A stretch of DNA of 64,000 nucleotides from Macrostomum hystrix. Its lineage: Eukaryota; Animalia; Platyhelminthes. The translations under genes were made by a program, and so were the position numbers. Positions 48,930-59,664 of this stretch are shown here, one piece after another. The notes under the pieces were generated by a model. It did not search any database and was not told where the DNA came from. It saw only the letters and a program-made list of their open reading frames with translations. The DNA lies in NCBI GenBank assembly GCA_950097015.1, contig CATNEN010000007.1, positions 11,470,001 through 11,534,000 of the forward strand. Reading direction: 5' to 3'. How positions within the stretch are numbered: the first letter of the stretch is position 1; every line of letters begins with the position of its first letter.

Positions 48930-49485
48930 TTATACATTATAATATGCATGGAGACACTCGTACATGAATGTAACTAATGTTCTTGTAGCTGCAGAGTTCA
49001 GGCTGCTCTCAGAAATCGCATCATAGATCCTCCTTGCAAGGACAGCAGAGGATCTGCTGTCCTTCTTTGGCTGACGGACACGAGCAAGTATCGGGGCCTC
49101 TGGTCCAGCAGGTGTCATTGCGGTGGGCCTCAGCGCTCGCAGCCTCAGCCAGCAATGCGTGGCACTAAGCCGACCGCGAAGCAGCTTGTGCCGCGGTGGC
49201 ACGGGCGCAGCGAAGCTCGGGTAGAAGCTCTCGAGGCTGCAACAGCCGGAGTCAGCGCTGTCTCCGAGTGTCTGAAGCTTCTCAGGCAAATCGTGAAAGT
49301 TCCTGAGGTACTGTAGGGCCTCGTCCAGCCTGTTCTGTGAGAATTGCTGTGGACTTTGCTTGGAGAATTTATTGTAAAAGCAATGCTGCTTTAGCAATGC
49401 TGCTTTAGCAGAAGGAGCTGGTGAACATCTTGACGCAGTCGTCACCACGCCAGGAATTCAGGGCGAGAATATCTTCGCAGGGCAT
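48930..49485 (-). pseudogene. Novel family member B, disrupted
   Basis: MPCEDILALNSWRGDDCVKMFTSSFC* aligns to the start of member C (MSFEVQQALKSWPGDQRVMKYVGSFC). A stop and a 14-bp tandem duplication at about 49380-49410 follow. Another frame then resumes with KFSKQSPQQFSQNRLDEALQYLRNF and DSGCCS. Confidence 0.7.
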
Positions 49486-49689
49486 TCCATAGGTCTAGGC
49501 AAAAGAAAAGCAGAATAGGTTGGTGAGTTGCGCACACAGCTATCAGCTATGCCATGCTATTTGGAGAAGAAACAACACAAGCGAGTTACGTCTTAGTTAT
49601 CAAGCTACTGAAAAGACTGACTCATCGATAAGCAAAAAGCAAACGACTTGGCAACCAGACTATTGAATTCCAGTAAATGCATAAAAAAA

Positions 49690-49952
49690 CAACGTGCCAC
49701 TTGAAATCCATGCGCAAGCGGCACAGTGCCAGCTTCCAAAAGCAATACAGCTGCCTGCTCAGTCCATGGACCGTACCTCACCTCACCCATCCAGATTTTT
49801 ACCGCAGCTTCTCAGCCGAGGAACTGAAGCAAGGAGGAATTGGTTTGTGGGCACACATCGTTCCCCGGAGCAGAGATTTGAACCCACGACCTCTATCTTG
49901 GCCACTCTAAAGAGTATGAATCTCTAGACCACAACATGTAGGCCACAACCCC
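49690..49952 (-). mobile_element. tRNA-derived SINE-like element
   Basis: The minus strand begins GGGGTTGTGGCCTA..GTGGTCTAGA (A-box-like), followed by GGTCGTGGGTTCAAATC (B-box, 49875-49885) and a non-tRNA body. The 3' boundary is approximate. Confidence 0.5.
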
Positions 49953-50354
49953 TTTTGAATTTATGAAAAGCTTTGAACGACACAGCAAATGCTTGATCCC
50001 GATGAATTGAACAAAGACTGCACTAGGTGGGCCGAGTACAATGTCAAATAAGGTCAGTTTTTTAGAAAAAACAGAGCAAAAGTCAAAATGTTTTTTGCTT
50101 TGCTCTACGTCTCAGTTTCATTTCTTAGTTGTTACATAAACTTGATAACACGGAGTGACGTCCCGATGAAAATCTGGTTTTGTGGGCAGCAGAAGCCTAA
50201 TATGGAACAAAGACTAAATGAATTGTTCTTGCAGAAATGTAGCCAGCTTCATCTTCTATCGCTGGCTTCTCAAATCTATCGAAAACTGCTTGAATTATCG
50301 GTGCTGTACAGAATTGTACGAAATGGTACGGCCAGGAATTGCAGTGCATCAAAC

Positions 50355-50430
50355 GGAATGGTACTGTCCGGTATGGAATGGTACTGTACGGTATGGAATG
50401 GTACTGTCCGGTATGGAATGGTACTGTAAA
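50355..50430. repeat. 20-bp tandem repeat, ~4 copies
   Basis: Unit GGTATGGAATGGTACTGT(C/A)C. Confidence 0.85.
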
Positions 50431-50659
50431 GTACGGAATAGTTTGCGGAATAGTATGGAGTTGTTTAATGCGGCTTGCAATCACAATAGTATCGAACACA
50501 GTAGCATACATTTTCTAAGACTATATCAATCAAGGCCTACCGCATTTTCCATGCAATAAAATTGCATATGAAATGTTTACGAATAAGGACAAGAAATGTA
50601 CAAGAGCAGGAAGGCCCACTCAGACGGTGTACAGTATGAGACGAATGTTGGTTGTACTT

Positions 50660-51628
50660 TTAGCCCCACTTGGGGCCCGCACTCTGCAGCATAAGCAACG
50701 CGGATAAGTCGCAGTCGACTAAATTTTTCGTGCCACGAATGTTCAAACAGCCGTTCTGGCTGCACTGTTCGCGGCTGCTCCTCTCTTTAGCATCCACAAT
50801 GGCGGCGCGCCTGCTTTGAGCGGCCCTGTGCTCGCCTCGAGCTTCCCCGCTGGCAGCCGACGGCTTGACGCAGGCGGCCGTATTAGCCAGACTGTGGCGC
50901 GGTCGTGGTGTCGGAACCTGAACACCAACCAGGGCGTTCCCGTTGCATGGCTCGCCGACGCAGATCTTTGACCTCTCGTTAGATGAGTAGCTTTCTGAGT
51001 ACTGCCCACGCTCAGGACCATCAGAATAGGCGACTGAGGCCGCTTGAGAACAATCGCAAGTTTCATCACTGAGCCCTCCAAAGGAGTCCAGATTGGTTGG
51101 GTCGTCAGTGGCCGTGCAGCGCGCTAAAGTGCGTCTTGGCCGCGGTTTCGCTGGCTTGACTTCTGGCTTCTCATCCAAGATATCGTATGGGTTTTCAATG
51201 CTTTGTAGCACGTCCTGATTTGCACATGTAGGCGTCACAGAACTCATCTCGCTGCTCGATTCTGTGGGCACAGGTGGTAGAGGTCGGTCAGCTACTGAAG
51301 CCGAGGTGTTGCTGAATTTGCTGAAACCGGGCTGGCGATCCCCAAGACTGCTGACACTGTCGTATCCGGATTCAACATGGCTTCTGCGCGCCGTGAGTTG
51401 CTGGTGCTGCTTCTGGTACTTTCTGAGATAGTCCAAAGCCTCTTCCAGTTGGTTGCAAGAGAATTTCTGCCTCTTCTGCTTGGCAAACTTTTCCTTCAGG
51501 CTTCGCTCCTGCCGCTCGCTGAGGAACTCTTGAAGGCTTGAGTTCTTCGAGCAGAAGGAACCGACGTATTTCATGACGCGCTGGTCACCGGGCCAAGATT
51601 TCAAAGCCTGCTGCACTTCGAAAGACAT
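50660..51628 (-). CDS. Unknown protein, novel family member C (helical N-domain, ESGYDS, SH3-ligand-like motifs, C-terminal RHIM-like motif)
   Basis: 322-aa ORF from ATG 51628 with an N-domain homologous to members A, B and D. Contains RPLPPVP, ENPYDIL, KPRPRR, PTPRPR and a C-terminal QNGCLNIRGTKNLV. Confidence 0.72.
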   Translation of the reverse strand: MSFEVQQALKSWPGDQRVMKYVGSFCSKNSSLQEFLSERQERSLKEKFAKQKRQKFSCNQLEEALDYLRKYQKQHQQLTARRSHVESGYDSVSSLGDRQPGFSKFSNTSASVADRPLPPVPTESSSEMSSVTPTCANQDVLQSIENPYDILDEKPEVKPAKPRPRRTLARCTATDDPTNLDSFGGLSDETCDCSQAASVAYSDGPERGQYSESYSSNERSKICVGEPCNGNALVGVQVPTPRPRHSLANTAACVKPSAASGEARGEHRAAQSRRAAIVDAKERSSREQCSQNGCLNIRGTKNLVDCDLSALLMLQSAGPKWG

Positions 51629-52068
51629 TTTAAGATCGGATCGAGCAGCCAGGCAGTGGAGCGAATATCGCAAAAGTGGCTCTGAATGCTGTTTGCGAGC
51701 TAATACGACACCCAAAAAACAAATCGAGCGCCGAAATTCGGTGCAGCGGAGCAGATGTTTTCAGGCCAGCAGGGACTCGACCTCGTATAATTTAACCCTT
51801 TCTCACCATCGGCCAACATTGTTCTCGCTATTTTTAGCAAATTAGTTACTTGAGATGCAAATACCTTCTAAGATAGAAATGATGCAACTTTCAGAACAAA
51901 CATTACTGAGAATCGCTCGTGAACTGTTAACGAGGTACATACCTCGTATTTATAAATAGCAATTAGAATAGTTTCCTCTACAAAGGAATTAAATTGAGAA
52001 TAAAAGCCTCAAACGTTTCATGGAAGTCTAACGGCAGAAAGTACAAGCTACTGTGCATTAAAAACAAC

Positions 52069-52950
52069 ATGGTGTCAGAACTCATCCAGCTGAGGCATCA
52101 GCAGAGACAGCCTACATTTCGCGAGGAACATGAATGCAGTTACGAGTTTCGACCGGTCCATCGTGACTTAGTGATTTTCTTCAAAACGCAAAAGGCACGC
52201 AGATGCCTGCAGAACTACCTAATGGAAGTGCAACTGGTCACGGAGGTGCGGGAACTGGTGGAGTACCGACAGAGAATCGTCGAAAGAACCAAAGCCAGGA
52301 AGCAGCGCTTTTCGTCCGATGAGCTCACAAAGGTGCTGGACAACGCCCGACTGTGGACCCGCTGTGACAGCGCCGAGAACTACCATGAGCATGCTCCGGA
52401 GAAGCCAAAGAAGAAGCGCTGGAGCAACTCGCTGAAGGCGACCCGCACCAGCAAGGAGTTGGTGAGGTTCCTGAAAAAGGAGGGCGTCAAGTCCAGGCAG
52501 GAACTCGTGGCTAAGGCGGACATGCTGATTAATAAGTACGAAGTGAAGGCCAGACCGTTCTCCCTGCTGGACCTGAAGGAACTCGTCACCGAATTCAGCC
52601 AGCCGCCGCTGTCAGCAGAGCGAAAAAATAGCGGCACCGATGACTCGAATTCCGGTGACAGCGAGGAGACCGCGGCTCGACCGCAGCCCAAGCCGCGGCG
52701 GGCTTCGCGTCCAATTAGAAGCTGGAACTCTGTTGGCAGCCTGCCCGTGTCTGAGGAAGACGGCCTGCAGCGAGAGACTCCAGGGGGCGCTGGTGGCAGC
52801 CGGAGCGATATGCTGGACGTCGGTGTTACCCAGACTGGGGGGCTCGTCAATATAATCGGCCATGAGAACAACTTGAAGCTGGGGCTGACAGGACACAGCC
52901 AGTGGCCGGAGATAAGAGGCGCTTCTTTGTGGAGGCCACAGCGCAACTGA
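52069..52950 (+). CDS. Unknown protein, novel family member D (two copies of the helical domain, C-terminal RHIM-like motif)
   Basis: 293-aa ORF from ATG 52069, head-to-head with member C, with TATAAATA at 51951. Domain ends RKQRFSSDELTKVL and KARPFSLLDLKELV, followed by PQPKPRR and a C-terminal QTGGLVNIIGHENNLKL. Confidence 0.72.
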   Translation: MVSELIQLRHQQRQPTFREEHECSYEFRPVHRDLVIFFKTQKARRCLQNYLMEVQLVTEVRELVEYRQRIVERTKARKQRFSSDELTKVLDNARLWTRCDSAENYHEHAPEKPKKKRWSNSLKATRTSKELVRFLKKEGVKSRQELVAKADMLINKYEVKARPFSLLDLKELVTEFSQPPLSAERKNSGTDDSNSGDSEETAARPQPKPRRASRPIRSWNSVGSLPVSEEDGLQRETPGGAGGSRSDMLDVGVTQTGGLVNIIGHENNLKLGLTGHSQWPEIRGASLWRPQRN

Positions 52951-53531
52951 ACTGCGAACCACTGGTCGCTCTTTTAAACGCTCTGGCAAGGTGGTCAAAA
53001 TGTTTTCAATTTAGAAATCATTTAATTTTTCTGCACCACTTTTATTCTTTGGTGCTTTCCGCATCATTTCTCGTAGATAGACTTGTTGGAAACTATGCAT
53101 AGACGTTTACGCTAAAGTAGAAAGCATTGAGTACTATTTTTAATTTACACTTTAACATCAAAATCAACAGTTCATCGTAAATCTAGGAGTGAGTACACCC
53201 GCTGATAATGAGAGATGCACTAACACTTGCGAGTACTAACACCTGGGAGTTGCTATGCTAGAGCAGCTCGATGCGCAAAGCAACAAAGTAGAATTCTCGA
53301 ATTATAAATATATACTCGCACATCTCGCCCTTCGTTGAATGCTAACACAGAGAATGCAGCGGCTTGACAGATCTTTAATCAGAAAGCGTACCTAGGAATA
53401 TACAGCACAACCCACCCAGACACAATAGGTGCGCTGAATTGCGAGCCCACTGAGCTGTGCTCACGAGTTTATTGCCCAGAGAACACTGTGCAAGCCGCAG
53501 TAAATAACTCGAGTAGAAGAAGCATTTAGGC

Positions 53532-53890
53532 TGCAAACTCGCATCTGTTGCAGTCCCAGTGGTTTGTGAGGATTCGCAGGATAAGTCAATGCAAACTCGC
53601 ATCTGTTGCAGTCCCAGTGGTTTGTGAGGATTCACAGGATAAGTTAATGCAAACTCGGATCTGTTGCAGTCCCAGTGGTTTGTGAGGATTCACAGGATAA
53701 GTTAATGCAAACTCGGATCTGTTGCAGTCCCAGTGGTTTGTGAGGATTCACAGGATAAGTTAATGCAAACTCGGATCTGTTGCAGTCCCAGTGGTTTGTG
53801 AGGATTCACAGGATAAGTTAATGCAAACTCGGATCTGTTGCAGTCCCAGTGGTTTGTGAGGATTCACAGGATAAGTTAATGCAAACTCGG
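53532..53890. repeat. 58-bp minisatellite, ~6 copies
   Basis: Unit AATGCAAACTCGGATCTGTTGCAGTCCCAGTGGTTTGTGAGGATTCACAGGATAAGTT. Confidence 0.95.
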
Positions 53891-54299
53891 TAATCCAAAA
53901 TTAGTTTCAAAACAATAAATCCACAGAGCAGCAGCGGCAGGTAATTTATTATCCGTGTATTCGGTGCACCTCTTCAGGTGAAGAAAAACAAGAGAAATAC
54001 GGAAGTAGAAACTGAAGGAACACAACTCAAACAAATATCGGGTAGTCTCAATGAAAAGAGTTGCTATGCAAATAATTTTTCTGTTTTCGGTACGAAAATA
54101 GCAGGTATAACAGAGACCCGCAATCTTTCTCGGGGAAGGACAGATGTTCTGCGAGGTGGAGAATGGAACACAGCGCACGCTAGTCTTTATTCTGGGCTCC
54201 GTGCACACACGTAACAAGACACACAATTTAGCGCAGAAAGAACTGCTGCTGATCACTGGATCCACAAGAGTGGAAAGCAAGGCTGCAGATAGGAGTGAG

Positions 54300-55030
54300 A
54301 GACGAGCTGGAAGGCTGAGATTGGACTTAGAAGGCTGGAAGAGGAGCTGGAAGGCTGGGAGAGGAGCTGGAAGGCTGGGGGAGAAGCTAGAAGGCTGGGA
54401 GAGGAGCTGGAAGGCTGGGAGAGGATTTGGAAGGCTGGGAGAGGAGCTGGAAGGCTGGGAGAGGAGCAGGAAGGCTGGGAGAGGATTTGGAAGGCTGGGA
54501 GAGGAGCTGGAAGGCTGGGAGAGGATTTGGAAGGCTGGGAGAGGATTTGGAAGGCTGGGAGAGGAGCTGGAAGGCTGGGAGAGGATTTGGAAGGCTGGGA
54601 GAGGATTTGGAAGGCTGGGAGAGGAGCTGGAAGGCTGGGAGAGGATTTGGAAGGCTGGGAGAGGATTTGGAAGGCTGGGAGAGGATTTGGAAGGCTGGGA
54701 GAGGAGCTGGAAGGCTGGGAGAGGAGCTGGAAGGCTGGGAGAGGATTTGGAAGGCTGGGAGACGAGCTGGAAGGCTGGGAGAGAAGCTGGAAGGCTGGGA
54801 TTGGACTTGGAAGGCTGGGATTGGACTTGGAAGGCTGGAAGAGGAGCTGGAAGGCTGGGAGAGGAGCTGGAAGGCTGGGAGAGGATTTGGAAGGCTGGGA
54901 GAGGAGCTGGAAGGCTGGGAGAGGAGTTGGAAGGCTGGGGGAGAAGCTGGAAGGCTGGAAGAGGAGCTGGAAGACTGGGACAGGAGCTGGAAGGCTGGGA
55001 GAGGAGCTGGAAGACTTGGAGAGGATTTTG
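54300..55030. repeat. 20-bp minisatellite, ~36 copies
   Basis: Unit GAGGA(GC/TT)TGGAAGGCTGGGA. Confidence 0.96.
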
Positions 55031-55916
55031 AAGGAGGATGATGAGGACTGCCAGACCAGGTGAAGATGCACTCTAAAGACAGCAGGGTCCAACTGGCCCC
55101 ACTGAGTTCCTGCTCACGAGGTTAATTATCAAGTTCTAAAAAAAAGCAAAAATCTAATAGACTGAAATAGCATGCAATATATTTCGATTGCGAGAAACAA
55201 TCTTCAGGATGCCACACAGCTCTGAAATTAAGAAGCCGTTTGTTTGTGGCATAGCACACCCTGTTAGGTGAGCGGTGCAGTGAAAACGAGGTGCGATGTT
55301 TGGCTGGAGGGCGCTGGGCAGCAAGATAAAAGTGTAACTACAGACGGTAAAGCATCCAGAGATTAATGACCTGTTGCAGAACAGAGGGCAACAATAAAAA
55401 AGCACTTAGCTCAAACACAAGCAGCGCGACAGAAAGATGCCACAGAACTGAACACACACTGGCTCTGATCGAAATTTCAAGCCGAAATTGAAAGTGGAAT
55501 TTCCCAGGGCACGACCTCGATAGCTGAGGCTGAAAGAGCAGCAATGCCTGCACTGAGCATTATCCGATACAAATCGCTTGAAAAACCCAGGAAAAAACGG
55601 CAAACAAAATAATATGGAGCTTTTTGGCGCGAATTTGAATTAGAAGCCAACAGCAGCTCTGTTCGAGTAAATGTCATTCATTCAGGACTACTATTAGTAA
55701 GCATTAACGAGTGCAATAAGCCAGCCAGATGATCTGAGAGTGCACGAAGGCGGAGAGTCGGCTGTGCGGTGGCTACCGCAGCTGGCTCATTGTCTAGAAA
55801 CTTTGACGGGCCGCAATTTACAAGCAAAGTAAAGCAGAACTGCAGTGTTAAGTGAAGAGACTGCACTGAAGCCTGTACAGAGATTGTGTACAGACATTAG
55901 GGGTGGGGACAGTAAA

Positions 55917-56084
55917 GTTACAGCACTCTGACATACACTGACAGGGTAATACAGACAGTTACAGCACTCTGACATACACTGACAGGGTAATACAGACAGT
56001 TACAGCACTCTGACATACACTGACAGGGTAATACAGACAGTTACAGCACTCTGACATACACTGACAGGGTAATACAGTTACAGC
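55917..56084. repeat. 41-bp tandem repeat, ~4 copies
   Basis: Unit GTTACAGCACTCTGACATACACTGACAGGGTAATACAGACA. Confidence 0.92.
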
Positions 56085-56168
56085 AGCCACACACTGATGG
56101 CTTCTACAGTCATTCTGACATTCAGGATGAAGGCAGAGGGGGTGAAGCAGCAGGCAGGCGGGCTGGCC

Positions 56169-58022
56169 TCAGTGGAACAGCAGCACAGCCACGGTGATGT
56201 CATCGCGGTAGTACCTGGCCACGTTGGCTGGCGCGGAGAGCAGCTGGGTGATCATGGTTTCCGATGGCGCCGTGTCGCCGCGTTTCTGTCCGCCCAGAGC
56301 CGCCCGGACCAGCAGGGTGGCGAGGTTGGCGCCGCAGCTCCCGCTGTCCGGACCGTCTTCGACATCGCTGCCGCCGGTGCCACTGCCAAAGTTGCCGCTG
56401 TCGATGGCTGCGCCGACAACAGCGACCGCGTCCTCGGGTGTCAGGTGGTCCCAGAGACCATCGGAGGCCAGGATGAGGAACCGGTCCTCGTCGGTTATCT
56501 GGGATTGAGGAGCGGGTGACAGCGAGAGCTCGGATTGGTTGAAGCTGTCAAATCGCTCCCCACAGAAAATATAACTGGACAGATTTTGCCCTGAAGCAAC
56601 AGACCTGCTGCGAGGCGAAGTCGGGCTCAGCGATCAGGTATGGCGGGGTGTAGTAGTACTGCGGCACGGGGTTGTAGCTGGCGGGCAGCTGCAGGAGGCT
56701 GCCCACGGTGCGCAGCAGGTCGGCGGACCACTTGTAGCGGATGTCGCCGAAGGCCCTCAGCGGCATGAGCTCGCCGAGCAGGCGGTCGTAGCGGACCAGG
56801 AAGTCGCGCTCGCTGACGGGATGGGAGCGCATGAGGCGCTCGAGTTCGGCAGGGTTGTCCGCGCGGTGCTCATCAGTCAGCTTTAGCGAGTACCACACCT
56901 GGTCGTGGCTGCGGCCGAGCACCGCGGCGCAGTCGCCGACGTGCAGGACGTGGAGGCGGTCGGGCGGCTCCAGCACAGCCACTGTGCCGACGCAGCCGGA
57001 GAGCGCCACACGGAGCAGGGCGCGGTTGAGCCCGGTGGAGCCGGGGCGGGGCTGCGCCGCCTCGCCGATGTCCGTGTCCAGGCGCAGCACGGCTGCCCGG
57101 AGGCGCTGGCTGAGGGACTCTGGCTCGCTCAGCGACAGCGTCTCGGAGGCGAAGGCTGACAGCTGAAGTGCGGGTCGGTGGGTGCCAGGTCAATTTTTGA
57201 AAGCTTATAGTTCAATCTGTCAGGGGCGGATAAGGCTTGGAGTGCAATCTGTCAGGGGCGGATAAGGCTTAAAGTGCGATCTGTCAGGGGCGGATAAGGC
57301 TTAAAGTGCGATCTGTCAGGGGCGGATAAGGCTTAAAGTGCGATCTGTCAGGGGCGGATAAGGCTTAAAGTGCAATCTGTCAGGGGCGGATAAGGCTTAA
57401 AGTGCAATCTGTCAGTGGCGGATGCAGCAAACCAGATGGCATCAGACCTGATGCTCATGCAGGCGGCTGAGCTCATCCACGAGACCCTCCCCGTGGGGCG
57501 CCCTGGCTATGCTCAGGCTGATAGGCTGGGCGGCCACCTTGATGTCGGCGAGTCGGTGGGAGTCGGCCATGGCCACAGCCAGGTAGTCGGGGAGGCGCAG
57601 GTGCACGGAGTTGGCGCAGGCGGGCCCGGCGTGGCCGTCGAAGACGCCGACCAATAGCGGGCCCTCAAGCGGCCGGTCCGGCGGGCCCAGCAGCAGGCGG
57701 CTGACGGCCAGCCTGCAGGCAGTTGGGGTCGGATGATGCGAGGAACTGCTGCTGCTGAAGAATAGAAGTTCTAGTAGAATTAGCCTCACCTGTCCTCCAC
57801 GGGTCGGTTGCAGGGCACCTGGTTGCAGTGCACGGTGACGGGCCGGCCGGCCACAAGGGCCGTGTGCCGCTCGGCGCCCTGCCTGAGCAGGTGCCGCACC
57901 TGCTGCGGGCTGATCAGCGGGAAGTGTTGATCACCTCCGAGCGCCTCGGCCTTGGCCAGCCGAGCGGACGCGTGCAGCCAGCGGCGCAGCCAGGCCTGAC
58001 GGGACGCACGCCGAAGCGTCAT
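56169..58022 (-). CDS. PDP1: Pyruvate dehydrogenase phosphatase catalytic subunit (PP2C/PPM family); exons 57790-58022, 57448-57712, 56605-57162, 56169-56498; ~461 aa
   Basis: Arg-rich mitochondrial-type presequence followed by NQVPCNRPVEDR, GVFDGHAGPAC, HVGDC, DRLLGELMPLRAFGDIRYKW, YYTPPYL, FLILASDGLWD and YRDDIT. GT-AG introns give an in-frame spliced length of 1386 nt. Confidence 0.92.
57213..57415. repeat. 32-bp intronic minisatellite, ~6 copies
   Basis: Unit C(A/G)ATCTGTCAGGGGCGGATAAGGCTTAAAGTG, within PDP intron 2. Confidence 0.93.
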
Positions 58023-58602
58023 GGCGAGGCGGCGGCGACGGTAGAGTCGGTGCTCGAGGACGGGAAAAGCAGCTGTGGGAGCGGGTGATGTTCGTGCCCA
58101 TTCTAAACGCTAGTGAAGACAGAAAATCCAGTAAAGTGCATTCCGCAGCTGCCCAAGCTTCCCCATCATCTGGCTCACGCCCCCACCTCAAAGCAAATGA
58201 TATTGCTCAAAGCTATCTTCCCGGTGTTGATTGAAGAACGATAAATCCTTGAGAGATAAGAGAAAAATAGACTGAGCATTCCTGCCAAGAATCATGGCTT
58301 GAGATCTCAGACTAGCAAACACGCCCTCCTAACTGAGCAGTCTTATCAGCTGGTGGAGCACTTTGACAAAAAATCGATCAGGACTCTTCACAATGGTCTT
58401 AAAACACCACAGCTCAGTTGACACTGCTCATATTGCAGTCATAAATAATAACTTATGAAATACTTTACAACTCACGCCGGTTAGTGTGAAAATAAAATAC
58501 CATCTATTAAAATAGTCGACAGATTCCTATTTGATAAACGCGAGACCCGGCAGACTACGCAAGGCATGCGATCCAGACACTGGCGACTGCTTTAGAGTTC
58601 AC

Positions 58603-58878
58603 CTGCCTAACAAGTCAGCTGCCTAACAAGTCAGCTGCCTAACAAGTCAGCTGCCTAACAAGTCAGCTGCCTAACAAGTCAGCTGCCTAACAAGTCAACT
58701 GCCTAACAAGTCAGCTGCCTAACAAGTCAACTGCCTAACAAGTCAGCTGCCTAACAAGTCAGCTGCCTAACAAGTCAACCCTGTCTAACACCGACCCTGT
58801 CTTGTCTAACAAGTCAACTGTCTAACAAGTGTCAACCCTGTCTAACAAGTGCCAACCCTGTCTAACAAGTGCCAACAA
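58603..58878. repeat. 16-bp minisatellite grading into ~20-bp variants
   Basis: Unit CTGCCTAACAAGTCA(G/A). Confidence 0.92.
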
Positions 58879-58999
58879 CGTCTAAAAAGGCCCAAATCGA
58901 AATACTAAAAAGCACTGACCATAGCTGGCTAAGGCAAGAAAGTAACAATTGTCAGAATCACACGCTAACACCTTGGCAATTTCTATTGTGGCAATGGAG

Positions 59000-59346
59000 G
59001 TCAGTGAGGTGAGGCAGTGTCTGAGAGCAGTCAGTGAGGTGAGGCAGTGGCTGAGAGCAGTCAGTGAGGTGAGGCAGTGGCTGAGAGCAGTCAGTGAGGT
59101 GAGGCAGTGTCTGAGAGCAGTCAGTGAGGTGAGGCAGTGTCTGAGAGCAGTCAGTGAGGTGAGGCAGTGTCTGAGAGCAGTCAGTGAGGTGAGGCAGTGT
59201 CTGAGAGCAGTCAGTGAGGTGAGGCAGTGTCTGATAGCAGTCAGTGAGGTGAGGCAGTGTCTGAGAGTAGTCAGTGAGGTGAGGCAGTGTCTGGTAGCAG
59301 TCAGTGAGGTGAGGCAGTGTCTGAGAGCAGTCAGTGAGGTGAGGCA
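59000..59346. repeat. 30-bp minisatellite, ~11.5 copies
   Basis: Unit GTCAGTGAGGTGAGGCAGTGTCTGAGAGCA. Confidence 0.95.
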
Positions 59347-59664
59347 ATCGCGCTATTATTTTCTTAATCAGCTTCCCAAGTGCCAACGCACAGTGATAGA
59401 AATGAGTAAGCCGGTGGCCGTCTCTCGGTAGCAATGCTTGGCCAAACTGGCCAGATTTAGTTAGTGTATTTCCAAAGCCGATGAGGCAGGATTGCAGAAA
59501 AAATAAAAACAGAAACTGCCCCAGCGACTGGGGGCGCGGGTGAGGGCAATTCTTTGGGATATCGATAAGAAATGAGACAGGGGGAAGAGACCGATTTCAA
59601 TACGAGTATGCTTTTATGATTGCACAAGTTATGGGATTAGTGGGTATCTGCCTACATCCTTTCT

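Noticed and set aside
49860-49952. Intact tRNA gene
   Set aside because: It has A/B-box-like words but no proper cloverleaf, so it is treated as a SINE head.
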